Positions 38,834-47,792 of a stretch of 49,269 bases of DNA are shown piece by piece; position 1 is the stretch's first letter; every line of letters starts with the position of its first letter. Source of the DNA: Acidobacteriaceae bacterium (lineage in GTDB: Bacteria; Acidobacteriota; Terriglobia; Terriglobales; Acidobacteriaceae); NCBI GenBank assembly GCA_025449575.1, contig JANWJB010000024.1:1-49269 (forward strand), written 5' to 3'. A program made the position numbers and the translations under genes. The notes beneath the pieces are model-generated. The model did no database searches. It was not told the DNA's origin and saw nothing but the letters and a program-made list of their open reading frames with translations.

Positions 38834-39484
38834 CTACCGGTTTGGGCTCTCCGCCGCAGGGTCGCCATTCGCAGGCTGATTGTTCATGTTCTCCGGCGGC
38901 GCGATATTGGGCGGAAGCCCCCTGGCGTCAAAATGCGGAATGCCGAAGTGCCCGCGCAGGTGTAGCAGATCGAGCGGGCTCAGGTTACCGGTCAGCGTGA
39001 TCAAATTGATGTCCTTGGCTCCAGTAATCAGGACGGCCATGCCGGTCACCTGACTGTGGAAAAAGCTGATCCATATGTCGGTCTGGCCGGAGCTGAACGG
39101 GTCTCCGTGCTCATGGGCGGTGGTCAGATGCGTCCACCCCGTCGCTTCGTAGTCGGCGCGCACGCGCGCCAGCGCCCCCTCATCATAGAGGGCAGGGGAG
39201 GAGAAGTGATAACTGTAGACCGAGATTGCATCCAGCTTGTTGACGGCGCGCCGGGTATCCGCATCTCCATTGTCGATGAAATTATTGGCGAACCGCAGCA
39301 TTGCTCGGTTGAAGGTGAAGTTAGTATGAAAGGTCGCGTTCCGGGCTAGCCCGTCCAGACTGTGCGGCGTCCATCCCGGCCCCGGTGCAGCTTCTGGCCT
39401 GTAGGGCCCGCGCGCTTGAGCAAACACACTCAGCGACGCAGTGAAGAGCAGGAATGAGAGCAGCGGAACGCGATGACGGAGCAT
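38834..39484 (-). CDS. secreted hypothetical protein (DUF4252-like)
   Basis: ORF 38834..40108 trimmed to ATG 39484 (MLRHRVPLLSFLLFTASLSVFAQA signal peptide). The upstream 200 aa are shadow sequence overlapping the corC-like gene. The family call is from memory of the DUF4252 pattern. Confidence 0.5.
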   Translation of the reverse strand: MLRHRVPLLSFLLFTASLSVFAQARGPYRPEAAPGPGWTPHSLDGLARNATFHTNFTFNRAMLRFANNFIDNGDADTRRAVNKLDAISVYSYHFSSPALYDEGALARVRADYEATGWTHLTTAHEHGDPFSSGQTDIWISFFHSQVTGMAVLITGAKDINLITLTGNLSPLDLLHLRGHFGIPHFDARGLPPNIAPPENMNNQPANGDPAAESPNR

Positions 39485-39799
39485 AGCTAATGGGACGCGC
39501 AGGGAGGGAAAAAGTTGTAGAGAATCGTTCCGCTGTGGACCCACACCGGCATCGGTCGCCAAGGTCCCTCCCATTCGAAGCCCTCCGAGAGATGGCATCG
39601 GTCCTCCAGGACTATCCGCCGGGGGGCCATCCATCCCGCTCCGCGCGGTTGATTCCAGAGTGCTTGGTTTTTTCCCCGCTACTCTACGAAGTTGGGCTTC
39701 CCTTCCTGGCAGATGGACGCCTCCGCGTATGCTCGAAGCATAGCGCTTTCCGGACCCCTCGCATATCTGAGGTGGGCGAGCAACAGCGCTTCCAGCCCT

Positions 39800-41209
39800 A
39801 TGCTTGAGCTGAGCCTCTTTCGCGCCTTCTCGGTCGCCTTGCTGATTCTGGCGAACGGGTTCTTTGTTGCCGCTGAGTTCGCGATGGTCAGCGTGCGCGA
39901 GACACGCATCGAGCAGTTGATCGCCCAGGGACGCCCCGGAGCTCGCGCCGTGCGCCGCCTGCAAGCCAACATGGACGACTTTCTGCCCGCGGTGCAACTG
40001 GGCGTAACCCTGTGCAGCTTGGCCCTCGGTTGGATCGGTGAGCCGGCGGTAGCCTCGATTTTTAGGCACTGGCTGATCGGGCTTCCGCACGCCGCGTTTT
40101 ATTCCCATGTCATTTCGGTCTCCGCCGCTTTCGCGCTGATTACCTACCTGGATGTCCTGCTGGGCGAACTGGCGCCGAAGTCGTTGGCGCTACGAAAGGC
40201 CGAGGAGATGGCGCTGGCGGTGGCCGGACCGATGGATGCGTTCATCCGGATCACCCGCCCCGCGGTACGCCTGATGAAGTTCTCCGCTCGGCTGGTGCTG
40301 CGTCTCTTCCGCGCCGACTTGATGCAGGAGGGAGGAGTGCATTCTCCCGATGAGCTCAAGCTGATTGCAACCGCGGCACGTCGTATGGGCGTGCTGCCTC
40401 CTTTTCAGGAGGCCCTGGTGCACCGCGCAGTGGAGATCAACCGCGTCCCCACCCGGGAGATTATGACGCCGCGTCAGAACATCTTTTCTCTGCCCTCCGA
40501 CATGCTGATTGAAGACGCGAATGCCCGGGTGGTGGAAGAACAGCACTCCCGGGTGCCGGTCTATGACCCGGCCCTGGGCCCCGAACACATTGTGGGCGTC
40601 GTCTATTCCAAGGACTTGTCCCGCTTAATGCACTTCCGCATGACCGCTCAGACTCGCTTTGGCCGCGCTTCCTTCTCCGAGCTGCGGCTGGGGCAAACGA
40701 TGCACGAGGTTTTGGTGGTGCCGGAGACTAAGCCGGTTCTCGATCTGCTCATAGAATTTCAACACCGCCGCCGGCACATCGCGATCGTGGTTGATGAATA
40801 TGGTTCTACCGTCGGAATGGTGACGGTGGAGGACGCCATCGAGCAGATCATCGGCGAGTTGGAAGACGAATTTGACGTGGGCCCGCGCGCCTCGCTGCAG
40901 ACCGCATCGGGAGCCGTCGTGCTGGAGGGCGGCGTGAACCTGCGCGATCTGGAAACGCAGATGAACTGGCGGCTGCCCCGTGATGGCGGCGTCGAGACCC
41001 TGGCGGGATTTCTGCTCGCCCGGCTGGGTAAGATACCGGTGGGTGGAGAAACTGTAGAGTATTTGGGAAATAGGTTTACTGTGGTGGAGATGAGCGGCCA
41101 GCGCATCAGCAAAGTGCGGGTTCAGCCGGAGAACGCGACGCAAGCCGGGCAAGGGCAGGCAGCCGGCGCCTCCGATGCGCTTCGCGTCGGCGGACGGAGC
41201 AAGAGCTAG
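39800..41209 (+). CDS. HlyC/CorC-family transporter (CNNM/DUF21 TM domain + CBS pair + CorC_HlyC domain)
   Basis: Trimmed to ATG 39800. ILANGFFVAAEFAMVSVR, LGELAPKSLA, CBS region REIMTPRQNIF...HSRVPVY, VVDEYGSTVGMVTVEDAIEQIIGELEDEFD. Confidence 0.9.
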   Translation: MLELSLFRAFSVALLILANGFFVAAEFAMVSVRETRIEQLIAQGRPGARAVRRLQANMDDFLPAVQLGVTLCSLALGWIGEPAVASIFRHWLIGLPHAAFYSHVISVSAAFALITYLDVLLGELAPKSLALRKAEEMALAVAGPMDAFIRITRPAVRLMKFSARLVLRLFRADLMQEGGVHSPDELKLIATAARRMGVLPPFQEALVHRAVEINRVPTREIMTPRQNIFSLPSDMLIEDANARVVEEQHSRVPVYDPALGPEHIVGVVYSKDLSRLMHFRMTAQTRFGRASFSELRLGQTMHEVLVVPETKPVLDLLIEFQHRRRHIAIVVDEYGSTVGMVTVEDAIEQIIGELEDEFDVGPRASLQTASGAVVLEGGVNLRDLETQMNWRLPRDGGVETLAGFLLARLGKIPVGGETVEYLGNRFTVVEMSGQRISKVRVQPENATQAGQGQAAGASDALRVGGRSKS

Positions 41210-41212
41210 CCG

Positions 41213-42136
41213 ATGGGTGAATTGCGCACGATCCTCAAGCGGCTGCTTTATACCATTCCTGTCGTCTGGCTTGTGGTCTCGTTGGTCTTCCTGCTGATCC
41301 ATCTAGTGCCCGGAGATCCGGTGCAGCAGATGCTGGGGCAAGGCGCGACCGCCTCCGACATCTCAGCACTGCGTCATGAGTATGGCCTGGATCAGCCGCT
41401 GCTCACGCAATATGAGCGCTACTGGCGGGGCGTGCTGCACGGTGACCTCGGCCGCTCGCTGCGCTTGAACGATTCGGTGATGCATCTGCTGCTCACCCGC
41501 TATCCCTACACGTTGGAACTGACGGTGGCGTCGGTGGCGCTGGCGGTAGCGCTGGCTCTGCCGGCGGGAATCGCGGCGGCTCTGCGGCGCGCGCGCTGGC
41601 AAGACAGCGCGGTCGGAGTGGTTAGCCTGCTGGGCCTCTCCTTTCCCGGCTTTGCCTCGGGCCCGATTTTGATTCTTCTCGTCTCGATCGATCTGGGATG
41701 GCTGCCGGTCTCCGGAGCCGGCTCGCCTGCGCATCTGGTGCTTCCCGCCATCACGATGGGCACCAGCTTGGCCGCCATTCTCACACGCATGGTGCGCACC
41801 GCGATGCTGGAGGAGCTGAGTCAGGACTACATTCGCACCGCGCGGGCCAAGGGGCTGCCCGAGCACATCGTGGTCTACCGGCATGCGCTGCGCAACGCCA
41901 TCATTCCCGTGATGACGCTGATCGGTCTGCAATTCGGAGCGCTGCTTGCCGGAGCCATCGTCACCGAAACCATCTTCTCCTGGCCCGGACTGGGGCGGCT
42001 GACCATCACGGCCATCTCCAACCGCGACTATCCTCTCGTGCAAGGGTGCATTCTGGCGGTAGGCCTGACATACATCCTGGTCAACCTGGTGACCGATCTG
42101 CTGTATACCGTCGCCAACCCGCGCATTCGCGCCTGA
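41213..42136 (+). CDS. ABC transporter permease, peptide/opine/nickel (DppB/OppB/NikB-like) family
   Basis: N-terminus ILKRLLYTIPVVWLVVSLVFLLIHLVPGDPV. EAA loop DYIRTARAKGLPEHIVVYRHALRNA. Starts 3 nt after the corC-like stop. Confidence 0.9.
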   Translation: MGELRTILKRLLYTIPVVWLVVSLVFLLIHLVPGDPVQQMLGQGATASDISALRHEYGLDQPLLTQYERYWRGVLHGDLGRSLRLNDSVMHLLLTRYPYTLELTVASVALAVALALPAGIAAALRRARWQDSAVGVVSLLGLSFPGFASGPILILLVSIDLGWLPVSGAGSPAHLVLPAITMGTSLAAILTRMVRTAMLEELSQDYIRTARAKGLPEHIVVYRHALRNAIIPVMTLIGLQFGALLAGAIVTETIFSWPGLGRLTITAISNRDYPLVQGCILAVGLTYILVNLVTDLLYTVANPRIRA

Positions 42137-42331
42137 GCCCGCGGAGAATCCGCCGTCCGCATTCCCAACCCCCTGTCGTCCTGAGCGCAGTCGAGGGACC
42201 TGCTGCTGCTTTTGTTTTTGCTTTTCTTGCTGTCATTTCCGAAGGGAACCTGCTTGGGGCCGCTCGGAAGGCAATCCGCTCTTGGCGCCGAAAGACCGCC
42301 CGCAATAGCAGACACCTGGTGAGAAATGCTG

Positions 42332-42817
42332 CTATGAAAGCTCTACCAGCTCCGGCTCGATCCGATCTGCGTAAACCGTCAGAAAGCCGATGGAGATAGG
42401 CAGTGAAAAACGGCGCGAACCCGCGCTGCCGGGATTGAAGTGGAGAACGCTCTTGCGCCAGTCGATCCGCGGCTTGTGAGAGTGGCCGCTGACCACCGCG
42501 GCAAAACCCGCAGCGGTGGGATCCAGATCGAGCGCCTGCACATCGTGCAGCAAATAGAAGATATGGCCCGCAAGCTCCACGACTTCGTTCGCAGGCAGAT
42601 GGGAGCAGGCTCCGTGCTCGTCGATGTTGCCGCGGATTGCCGTGAGCGGAGCCACCGCGCGGAGCGCGTCCAAGATCGCCGGGTCACCCACGTCGCCGGC
42701 GTGGAAGATATGGTCTGCGCCGCGCAGGGCGGCGATTGCTCCCGGCCGTAGCAGGCCGTGCGTGTCGGAGATTACGCCGATGCGGAGCGGACGCGCGCTT
42801 GGCCTCCGGTCGGTCAT
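42332..42817 (-). CDS. metallophosphoesterase, YfcE/MJ0936 family
   Basis: IGVISDTHG, HAGDVGD, RGNID, SGHSH, NPGS motifs. ATGA overlap with the upstream permease gene. Confidence 0.9.
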   Translation of the reverse strand: MTDRRPSARPLRIGVISDTHGLLRPGAIAALRGADHIFHAGDVGDPAILDALRAVAPLTAIRGNIDEHGACSHLPANEVVELAGHIFYLLHDVQALDLDPTAAGFAAVVSGHSHKPRIDWRKSVLHFNPGSAGSRRFSLPISIGFLTVYADRIEPELVELS

Positions 42818-43656
42818 AAGCCGATGGCGATACGGGTGCGGGGATCGAGGAAGTCGCGCAAGGCGTCGCCGATGAAGTTAAAGGAGAGGACGCAGAGCAT
42901 GACGGCGATGGCGGGGAAGACGACCATATGCGGAGCGTCAAAGAGGTGCGAGCGGGCATCGTTCAGCATGCTTCCCCAGCTTGGCGTCGGCGGCGGAACG
43001 CCCAGCCCCAGAAAGCTGAGCGTCGCCTCGGCAAGCACCGCGCCCGCCATGCCGATGGCGGCTTGCACGATGACCGGCTGCAGAATGTTAGGCAAAATAT
43101 GGTGGATGAAGATGCGCAGATCGCCCGCTCCCAGCGCGCGCGCCGCCTCCACGAACTCTCGCTCCTTTACCGCCAGCACCTGCGCCCGGACCAGTCGGGC
43201 GTAGCCCACCCAGCCTCCTATCGAGAGCGCCACAATCAGGTTCACCAATCCGGGTCCCAGAAAAGCGACGAAGGCGATGGCCAGCAGAATTCCGGGCAAG
43301 GCAAGAAAGGCGTTCATGACGAAGGTATTCAGCACCGTGTCGGTTCCCCCGCCATAAAAGCCCGCCAGTCCGCCAAGGATGAGCCCCACCGTAAGCGAGA
43401 TGCCGACCACGCTCACCGCCACGGTAAGCGAAATGCGCGCGCCATAGAGAATGCGGGAGAAGATGTCGCGGCCCAGCTCATCGGTGCCAAACCAATGAGC
43501 GTGCGAGGGAGGAGCCAACCGGTGATACAGATCGAGCGCGGCAGGATTGTAGGGTGCAATGATAGGCGCCAAGACCGCGATCGCGATGAATAGGACGAGC
43601 AGCGCGATCCCGACCGCTGCCAGCGGTTGGTGGCGAAGAGTGCGGGCAAAGGGCAT
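42814..43656 (-). CDS. ABC transporter permease, DppC/OppC/NikC-like family
   Basis: Trimmed to ATG 43656. APYNP...LAPPSHAHWFGTDELGRDIFSRILYGARISL and EAA loop EFVEAARALGAGDLRIFIHHILPN. Confidence 0.9.
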   Translation of the reverse strand: MPFARTLRHQPLAAVGIALLVLFIAIAVLAPIIAPYNPAALDLYHRLAPPSHAHWFGTDELGRDIFSRILYGARISLTVAVSVVGISLTVGLILGGLAGFYGGGTDTVLNTFVMNAFLALPGILLAIAFVAFLGPGLVNLIVALSIGGWVGYARLVRAQVLAVKEREFVEAARALGAGDLRIFIHHILPNILQPVIVQAAIGMAGAVLAEATLSFLGLGVPPPTPSWGSMLNDARSHLFDAPHMVVFPAIAVMLCVLSFNFIGDALRDFLDPRTRIAIGL

Positions 43657-43823
43657 CCGTTGCCCATCATCGCATAGATTGCGATCATCGTTTGGTGCGA
43701 AAGAACGCTTTCTCGATCCGAATGCCTGCCATCCTCTGCCACCAATTCGCCGGTGGCAGCGATACCCGGTTGCGCGAAAATGTCTTACCATCACCGATAA
43801 GTGCAAATCCCGGGGGGACGCCG

Positions 43824-44588
43824 ATGGGGAAGCTTTTCAGCCTCGCAATCTTCGCAGGAATAGCAATCGCGGCTTTCGCAGTGGCCGCGCCCGGCTGCTT
43901 CGGTCAGTCGCCGGATGCCGAATCGATCGTGCAGGCGATCAATCGGGATCGCGCCGGTCACGGGCTGGGGCCGCTGCACTGGGATGCCGCGCTGGCTCGC
44001 GCCGCGCAGGCGCACGCGCAGGAAATGTCCACGCAGCATCAGCTCTCACACCAGTATCCCGGCGAGCCCGGCCTGGTCACCCGCGCCGGACAGGCAGGCG
44101 CGCACTTTCGCGTCGTTGCCGAAAACATCGCCATGGGTTCGACCCCGCTTGGTCTGGAGGATCAGTGGATGCATTCGGCTCCGCACCGCGCCAACATCCT
44201 CGATCCGAGGCTGAATGCGATCGGCGTGGGACTGGTGAAGCGGGGAGCATACTACTATGGCGTAGCCGACTTTGCCGATGGCGTCGCCGCCTTGGGACCC
44301 AAGCAGATCGAAGAGAAGGTCGGGGCGCTGCTGGCCCGGCACGGGATTCAGCCCTCGGGTCCGGAGCGCGACGCGCGCCAGACCTGTGAGATGGAGCACG
44401 GCACGGCCGGCGGATCGTCCCCGAAGTTCGTGATGCGATGGGAGGGGTCCGATCTCAGCCAGCTTCCCGCCGTGATGCTGCAGCAGATCCAGACCGGCAA
44501 ATACCACACGGCGGCAGTAGGGGCCTGCGACTCGCTCCATCCCCAGCAGGGCTTTACCACCTATCGGGTAGCGGTGATGCTCTACTGA
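43824..44588 (+). CDS. secreted CAP/SCP/PR-1-like domain protein
   Basis: Trimmed to ATG 43824, giving signal peptide MGKLFSLAIFAGIAIAAFAVAAPGCFGQ. INRDRAGHGLGPLHWDAALARAAQAHAQEM ... ENIAMG ... WMHSAPHRANILDPRLNAIGVG is the CAP domain pattern. Confidence 0.8.
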   Translation: MGKLFSLAIFAGIAIAAFAVAAPGCFGQSPDAESIVQAINRDRAGHGLGPLHWDAALARAAQAHAQEMSTQHQLSHQYPGEPGLVTRAGQAGAHFRVVAENIAMGSTPLGLEDQWMHSAPHRANILDPRLNAIGVGLVKRGAYYYGVADFADGVAALGPKQIEEKVGALLARHGIQPSGPERDARQTCEMEHGTAGGSSPKFVMRWEGSDLSQLPAVMLQQIQTGKYHTAAVGACDSLHPQQGFTTYRVAVMLY

Positions 44589-44734
44589 ATTCCCGCTCTG
44601 CCGGCCGGAGCTGCGCGGCTGCCGCTCCGCCCGCTTTTGCCGCCGAAGGGACCCAAGCCGGAAGAGATTACCTCTCGCTCGCTTGAAGACTTGTCAGCCT
44701 TAGAATCAAAACCAACAATCTGAGGCATGACACC

Positions 44735-45160
44735 ATGGCGGAACTGAGCAGAACAGGCATATCACTGGAACAGGACTTGTTGGCGGGATTCGACAAGCTG
44801 ATTGCGAGAAGAGGATACAAAAATCGATCCGAGGCTCTCCGGGATCTCATTCGCGAAGCCCTTCTGGCTGAAGTGATCGACTCGAACAAGCCGCTCGTGG
44901 GAACACTGACGATCGTCTACGACCACCACGTGCCCAACCTATCGCAAAAACTGACCGAATTGCAGCACCATGCCGGCACAATGGTGCTGGCGGCAACCCA
45001 TGTGCATCTCGACCACCACTACTGCCTTGAAGTCATCATCATGAAAGGCAAGAGCAAGGAGATTCAAGAGATGGCGAACCGTATTCTAGCCACGCGTGGA
45101 GTAGAACTCGGCAAGTTGGTGCTGACGAACTCGGGCGCCGCTCTCAAAGCGGAGAAATAG
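44735..45160 (+). CDS. nikR: nickel-responsive transcriptional regulator NikR
   Basis: RHH N-terminus SLEQDLLAGFDKLIARRGYKNRSEALRDLIREAL. C-terminal metal-binding domain with YDHHVPNLSQKLTELQHH...HVHLDHHYCLEV. Confidence 0.9.
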   Translation: MAELSRTGISLEQDLLAGFDKLIARRGYKNRSEALRDLIREALLAEVIDSNKPLVGTLTIVYDHHVPNLSQKLTELQHHAGTMVLAATHVHLDHHYCLEVIIMKGKSKEIQEMANRILATRGVELGKLVLTNSGAALKAEK

Positions 45161-45237
45161 CATCCACCTGATCTTCGAATCGCTATGGCGTAGCACTCGA
45201 AGAATGGCCGTACATGGTCGATCTCGCCCCACAGTAT

Positions 45238-45508
45238 TAGGGCCTGTTCACACTATTAGAACGGCAGCGACGGGAGCGGATTTTCCCGAGTGCAAGGAGC
45301 GAGGAGTGACGAATACCGGGCCGTATTTTAGCGACGAGCGACACAGCAATCGGGAAAATCCGCCCCATTCCTTCGGGTTGCGGGGAAAATCGGGCCATAC
45401 TTCGTTGTCGCCCTTGCACATGGACCCGCCATGCGCTGCGGGCTCCGCCTCGTCTCGCCCGATTTTCCCTCGCAACGCTCGCCGCCCTAATGGTGTGAAC
45501 AGGCCCTA
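45238..45508. mobile_element. MITE family 2: 271-bp nested-palindrome element with 22-bp terminal inverted repeats
   Basis: TAGGGCCTGTTCACACTATTAG (45238..45259) pairs with CTAATGGTGTGAACAGGCCCTA (45487..45508) with 1 mismatch. Internal inverted pairs: 45276..45288/45351..45363, 45290..45297/45412..45419, 45380..45395/45457..45473. No ORF. Confidence 0.7.
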
Positions 45509-45519
45509 GGAAAAATGCT

Positions 45520-46806
45520 CTACTTCACCCATTCACCCTTGCGCATCAAGGGCTCCGGTGAGCCAGGTTTGCCATTGTTCGCGGGGATTCCGTCGAGGTC
45601 CATGGAGGCTGATCCGATCATCCAGTCCACGTGGATGAGGCTGTCGTTGGCGCCGCGGGCAGCCAATTCCTCCTTGGTGAGCCGGTCACCGTCTTTCAGG
45701 CAGGTGCTGTAAGCCTGGCCCAGCGCGATATGGCTGGCGGCGTTTTCATCGAACAGCGTATTCCAGAAAAGCAGGCCGCTGCTGGCAATGGGAGAGGAGT
45801 GGGGAACCAGCGCCACTTCGCCCAGACGCCGTCCGCCTTCGTCCGTATCGATCATGCGCTCCAGCACCTGCTGGCCCGCGGCCGCCTTTGCCTCGACGAT
45901 GCGGCCGCCGGCAAAGCGCACCGCGATCTTCTCAATCAAGGTGCCCTGGTAGGAGAGCGGCTTGGTGCTGGTGACGGTGCCCTCCACGCGGTCCTTGTGG
46001 GGTGTGGTGAAGACCTCTTCGGTAGGCATGTTCGGGATACAGTAACGGCCATTGTTGGCTTTGGTGCCGCCACCCATCCAGCGGTGATCGTCGGCCAGGC
46101 CGACCCGGAGATCGGTTCCCGGCCCGCGGAAGTGGAGTGCATAATAACGCTTCTCGTTCAAGAAGTCCGCCCGGCGGTGCAAGGCGGCGTCATGCTGCTT
46201 CCAGGCGGCAACCGGATCGTCCACATCGACCCGCGAGGCACGGAAGATCGCGTCCCAAAGCTCTTCGATCGCCTGCTTTGGCGCAAGGTCCGGAAAGACC
46301 TGGGCGGCCCAGGCTGGCGTCGCCGAGGCGACGATCGTCCAGTTGATGTCATGGCGGGTAATCAGTTCGAGCGCCGGCCGGTACGCCTGGGAAACGGCGC
46401 GATTGGCGCGGCCGACCTTCTCCGGATCCTCCTTGGAGAGCAGTGACGGGTTGCCGCCGGCAATCGCCAGCCGGGCAGCGCCGCTGCGAAAGGCGGCTGC
46501 CATGCCGTCATAGAGCCAGCTTGCAGCTTTGTCGAAGCTCTCGTCGGAGCCCTCGCGATAGCGCAGCAGGGCCGATTCTTCATCGGCCAGCAGAGTGGTC
46601 ACCAGGGAGGCGCCCGCTCGATAAGCCTGCGCGGTAATGCGCCGCGCCAGCGGCAGCGAGTCCACGCTCGCGGTCATTACCAGCTCCTGGCCGCGGGCGA
46701 GGCCCAGCCCGGCATTGACGGCAACCGACGCCAGTCGATCCAACTTCTGCTCAAAGCTCAGCGATGTTTGGGGTAACTCGGTGGTTCCGGGCACAATTCC
46801 CTCCAT
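45520..46806 (-). CDS. M29-family aminopeptidase (AmpS/PepS/aminopeptidase T-like)
   Basis: KLDRLASVAVNAGLGLARGQELVM N-terminal pattern, full-length M29-like sequence, C-terminal ...HIALGQAY...LIHVDWMIG. The track start 46827 is TTG; ATG 46806 follows a purine-rich AAGAGAG. Confidence 0.88.
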   Translation of the reverse strand: MEGIVPGTTELPQTSLSFEQKLDRLASVAVNAGLGLARGQELVMTASVDSLPLARRITAQAYRAGASLVTTLLADEESALLRYREGSDESFDKAASWLYDGMAAAFRSGAARLAIAGGNPSLLSKEDPEKVGRANRAVSQAYRPALELITRHDINWTIVASATPAWAAQVFPDLAPKQAIEELWDAIFRASRVDVDDPVAAWKQHDAALHRRADFLNEKRYYALHFRGPGTDLRVGLADDHRWMGGGTKANNGRYCIPNMPTEEVFTTPHKDRVEGTVTSTKPLSYQGTLIEKIAVRFAGGRIVEAKAAAGQQVLERMIDTDEGGRRLGEVALVPHSSPIASSGLLFWNTLFDENAASHIALGQAYSTCLKDGDRLTKEELAARGANDSLIHVDWMIGSASMDLDGIPANNGKPGSPEPLMRKGEWVK

Positions 46807-46933
46807 TTCTCTCTTTCGAGCATTCAACGTTTGCCGCGATCTTGCAAGTGCCGGCTCAAAAACCGCGACGGTATCTGGCGCATCGGGATGCGTGAATGTT
46901 CGTCTTTAGCGAGAGGTCCTTTTGGGTGGTCTC

Positions 46934-47773
46934 TCAACGCCGGCGGGCGACGATGACCCTGGGAATGCCTTGGAGGTCCGGAGCGACGCTCACCTCGTCC
47001 CAATCCTCCAGCAGATGGGCGAGGGCCGCCTGCTGTCCATATCCCATCTCCATCAGAAGCCAACCGTGCGGCCTCAGCACCCCTCGCGCTTGAGGGATCA
47101 GGCGTTCGTAGACCTCCAATCCCGTTGGCCCGGCGTAGAGCGCAAAGCGTGGCTCGAATTCGCGCACCTGCGGCTCCAGGACTTCGCCATCGGCGATGTA
47201 GGGTGGATTGGAGATGACCGCATCGAAGCGCTCATCCGCGACAGCAGCCAGCAAGTCAGATTCAAGGCAGCGCACGCGCGCACTGAGACCGTGACGAGCC
47301 GCATTCTCTTGCGCGATGGCGAGCGCTGCCGGAGAGATATCGAGCGCGGTCAGCTCCGCATGCGGAAGAGCGTGGGCGAGTGCAATGGCAATGGCGCCGG
47401 AGCCGGTTCCCACGTCCACGACGCGCAGTGGCTGGCGCGGGCTGCCCTCTTCAGATACGCGCTGCAGGGCCGCTTCGATCAGATGCTCCGTCTCGGGCCG
47501 GGGGATCAGGACAGCGGGCGTCACGCGCAGACTGAGCCCAAAGAACTCCTGTTCGCCCAGGATGTATTGAACGGGCTCGTTCGCGGCGCGGCGCTCCAGC
47601 CGACGCCGATATTGCTCCAGGCGTTCCGTTGGAATCGCCGCCTCGGGATGAGCCAACAGAAAGCTTCTCTCGCAGCCGAGACAGCGCATCAGAAGAAGCT
47701 CCGCATCGCGCCGTGCTTGAGGCAAACCGCCGAGCCGCGCAGAACCCAGATCGAGAGCTTCGCCGAGCGTCAA
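46934..47773 (-). CDS. prmC: peptide chain release factor N5-glutamine methyltransferase
   Basis: VVDVGTGSGAIAIALA SAM motif and the catalytic ISNPPY. Immediately downstream of prfA. TTG start. Confidence 0.93.
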   Translation of the reverse strand: MTLGEALDLGSARLGGLPQARRDAELLLMRCLGCERSFLLAHPEAAIPTERLEQYRRRLERRAANEPVQYILGEQEFFGLSLRVTPAVLIPRPETEHLIEAALQRVSEEGSPRQPLRVVDVGTGSGAIAIALAHALPHAELTALDISPAALAIAQENAARHGLSARVRCLESDLLAAVADERFDAVISNPPYIADGEVLEPQVREFEPRFALYAGPTGLEVYERLIPQARGVLRPHGWLLMEMGYGQQAALAHLLEDWDEVSVAPDLQGIPRVIVARRR

Positions 47774-47792
47774 TGTCTGCGCCTCAACGGCT

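Noticed and set aside
39485-40108. N-terminal 200 aa of ORF 38834..40108. The same pattern of long N-terminal extensions occurs in ORFs 13072..13938, 16959..17852, 7905..9983, 42814..43806, 43692..44588 and 6175..7035.
   Set aside because: The extensions lack coding character, overlap neighbouring genes or repeats, and precede an internal ATG that yields a proper signal peptide or family-typical N-terminus.
42137-42331. An odd T-rich low-complexity tract (CTGCTGCTGCTTTTGTTTTTGCTTTTCTTGCTGTCATTTCC) preceded by GTCCTGAGCGCAGTCGAGGGACC, between the convergent permease and phosphoesterase genes. It resembles dispersed intergenic repeats I recall from some Acidobacteria genomes.
   Set aside because: There is only one copy in this window, no clear inverted repeats or duplications, and I cannot verify the recollection without a genome-wide search.
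44691-44731. TGTCA-N31-TGACA inverted pentamers upstream of nikR as a possible NikR auto-operator.
   Set aside because: Only 5-bp arms are present. The spacing and sequence do not match the known E. coli-type GTATGA-N16-TCATAC operator, and a match this short is expected by chance.
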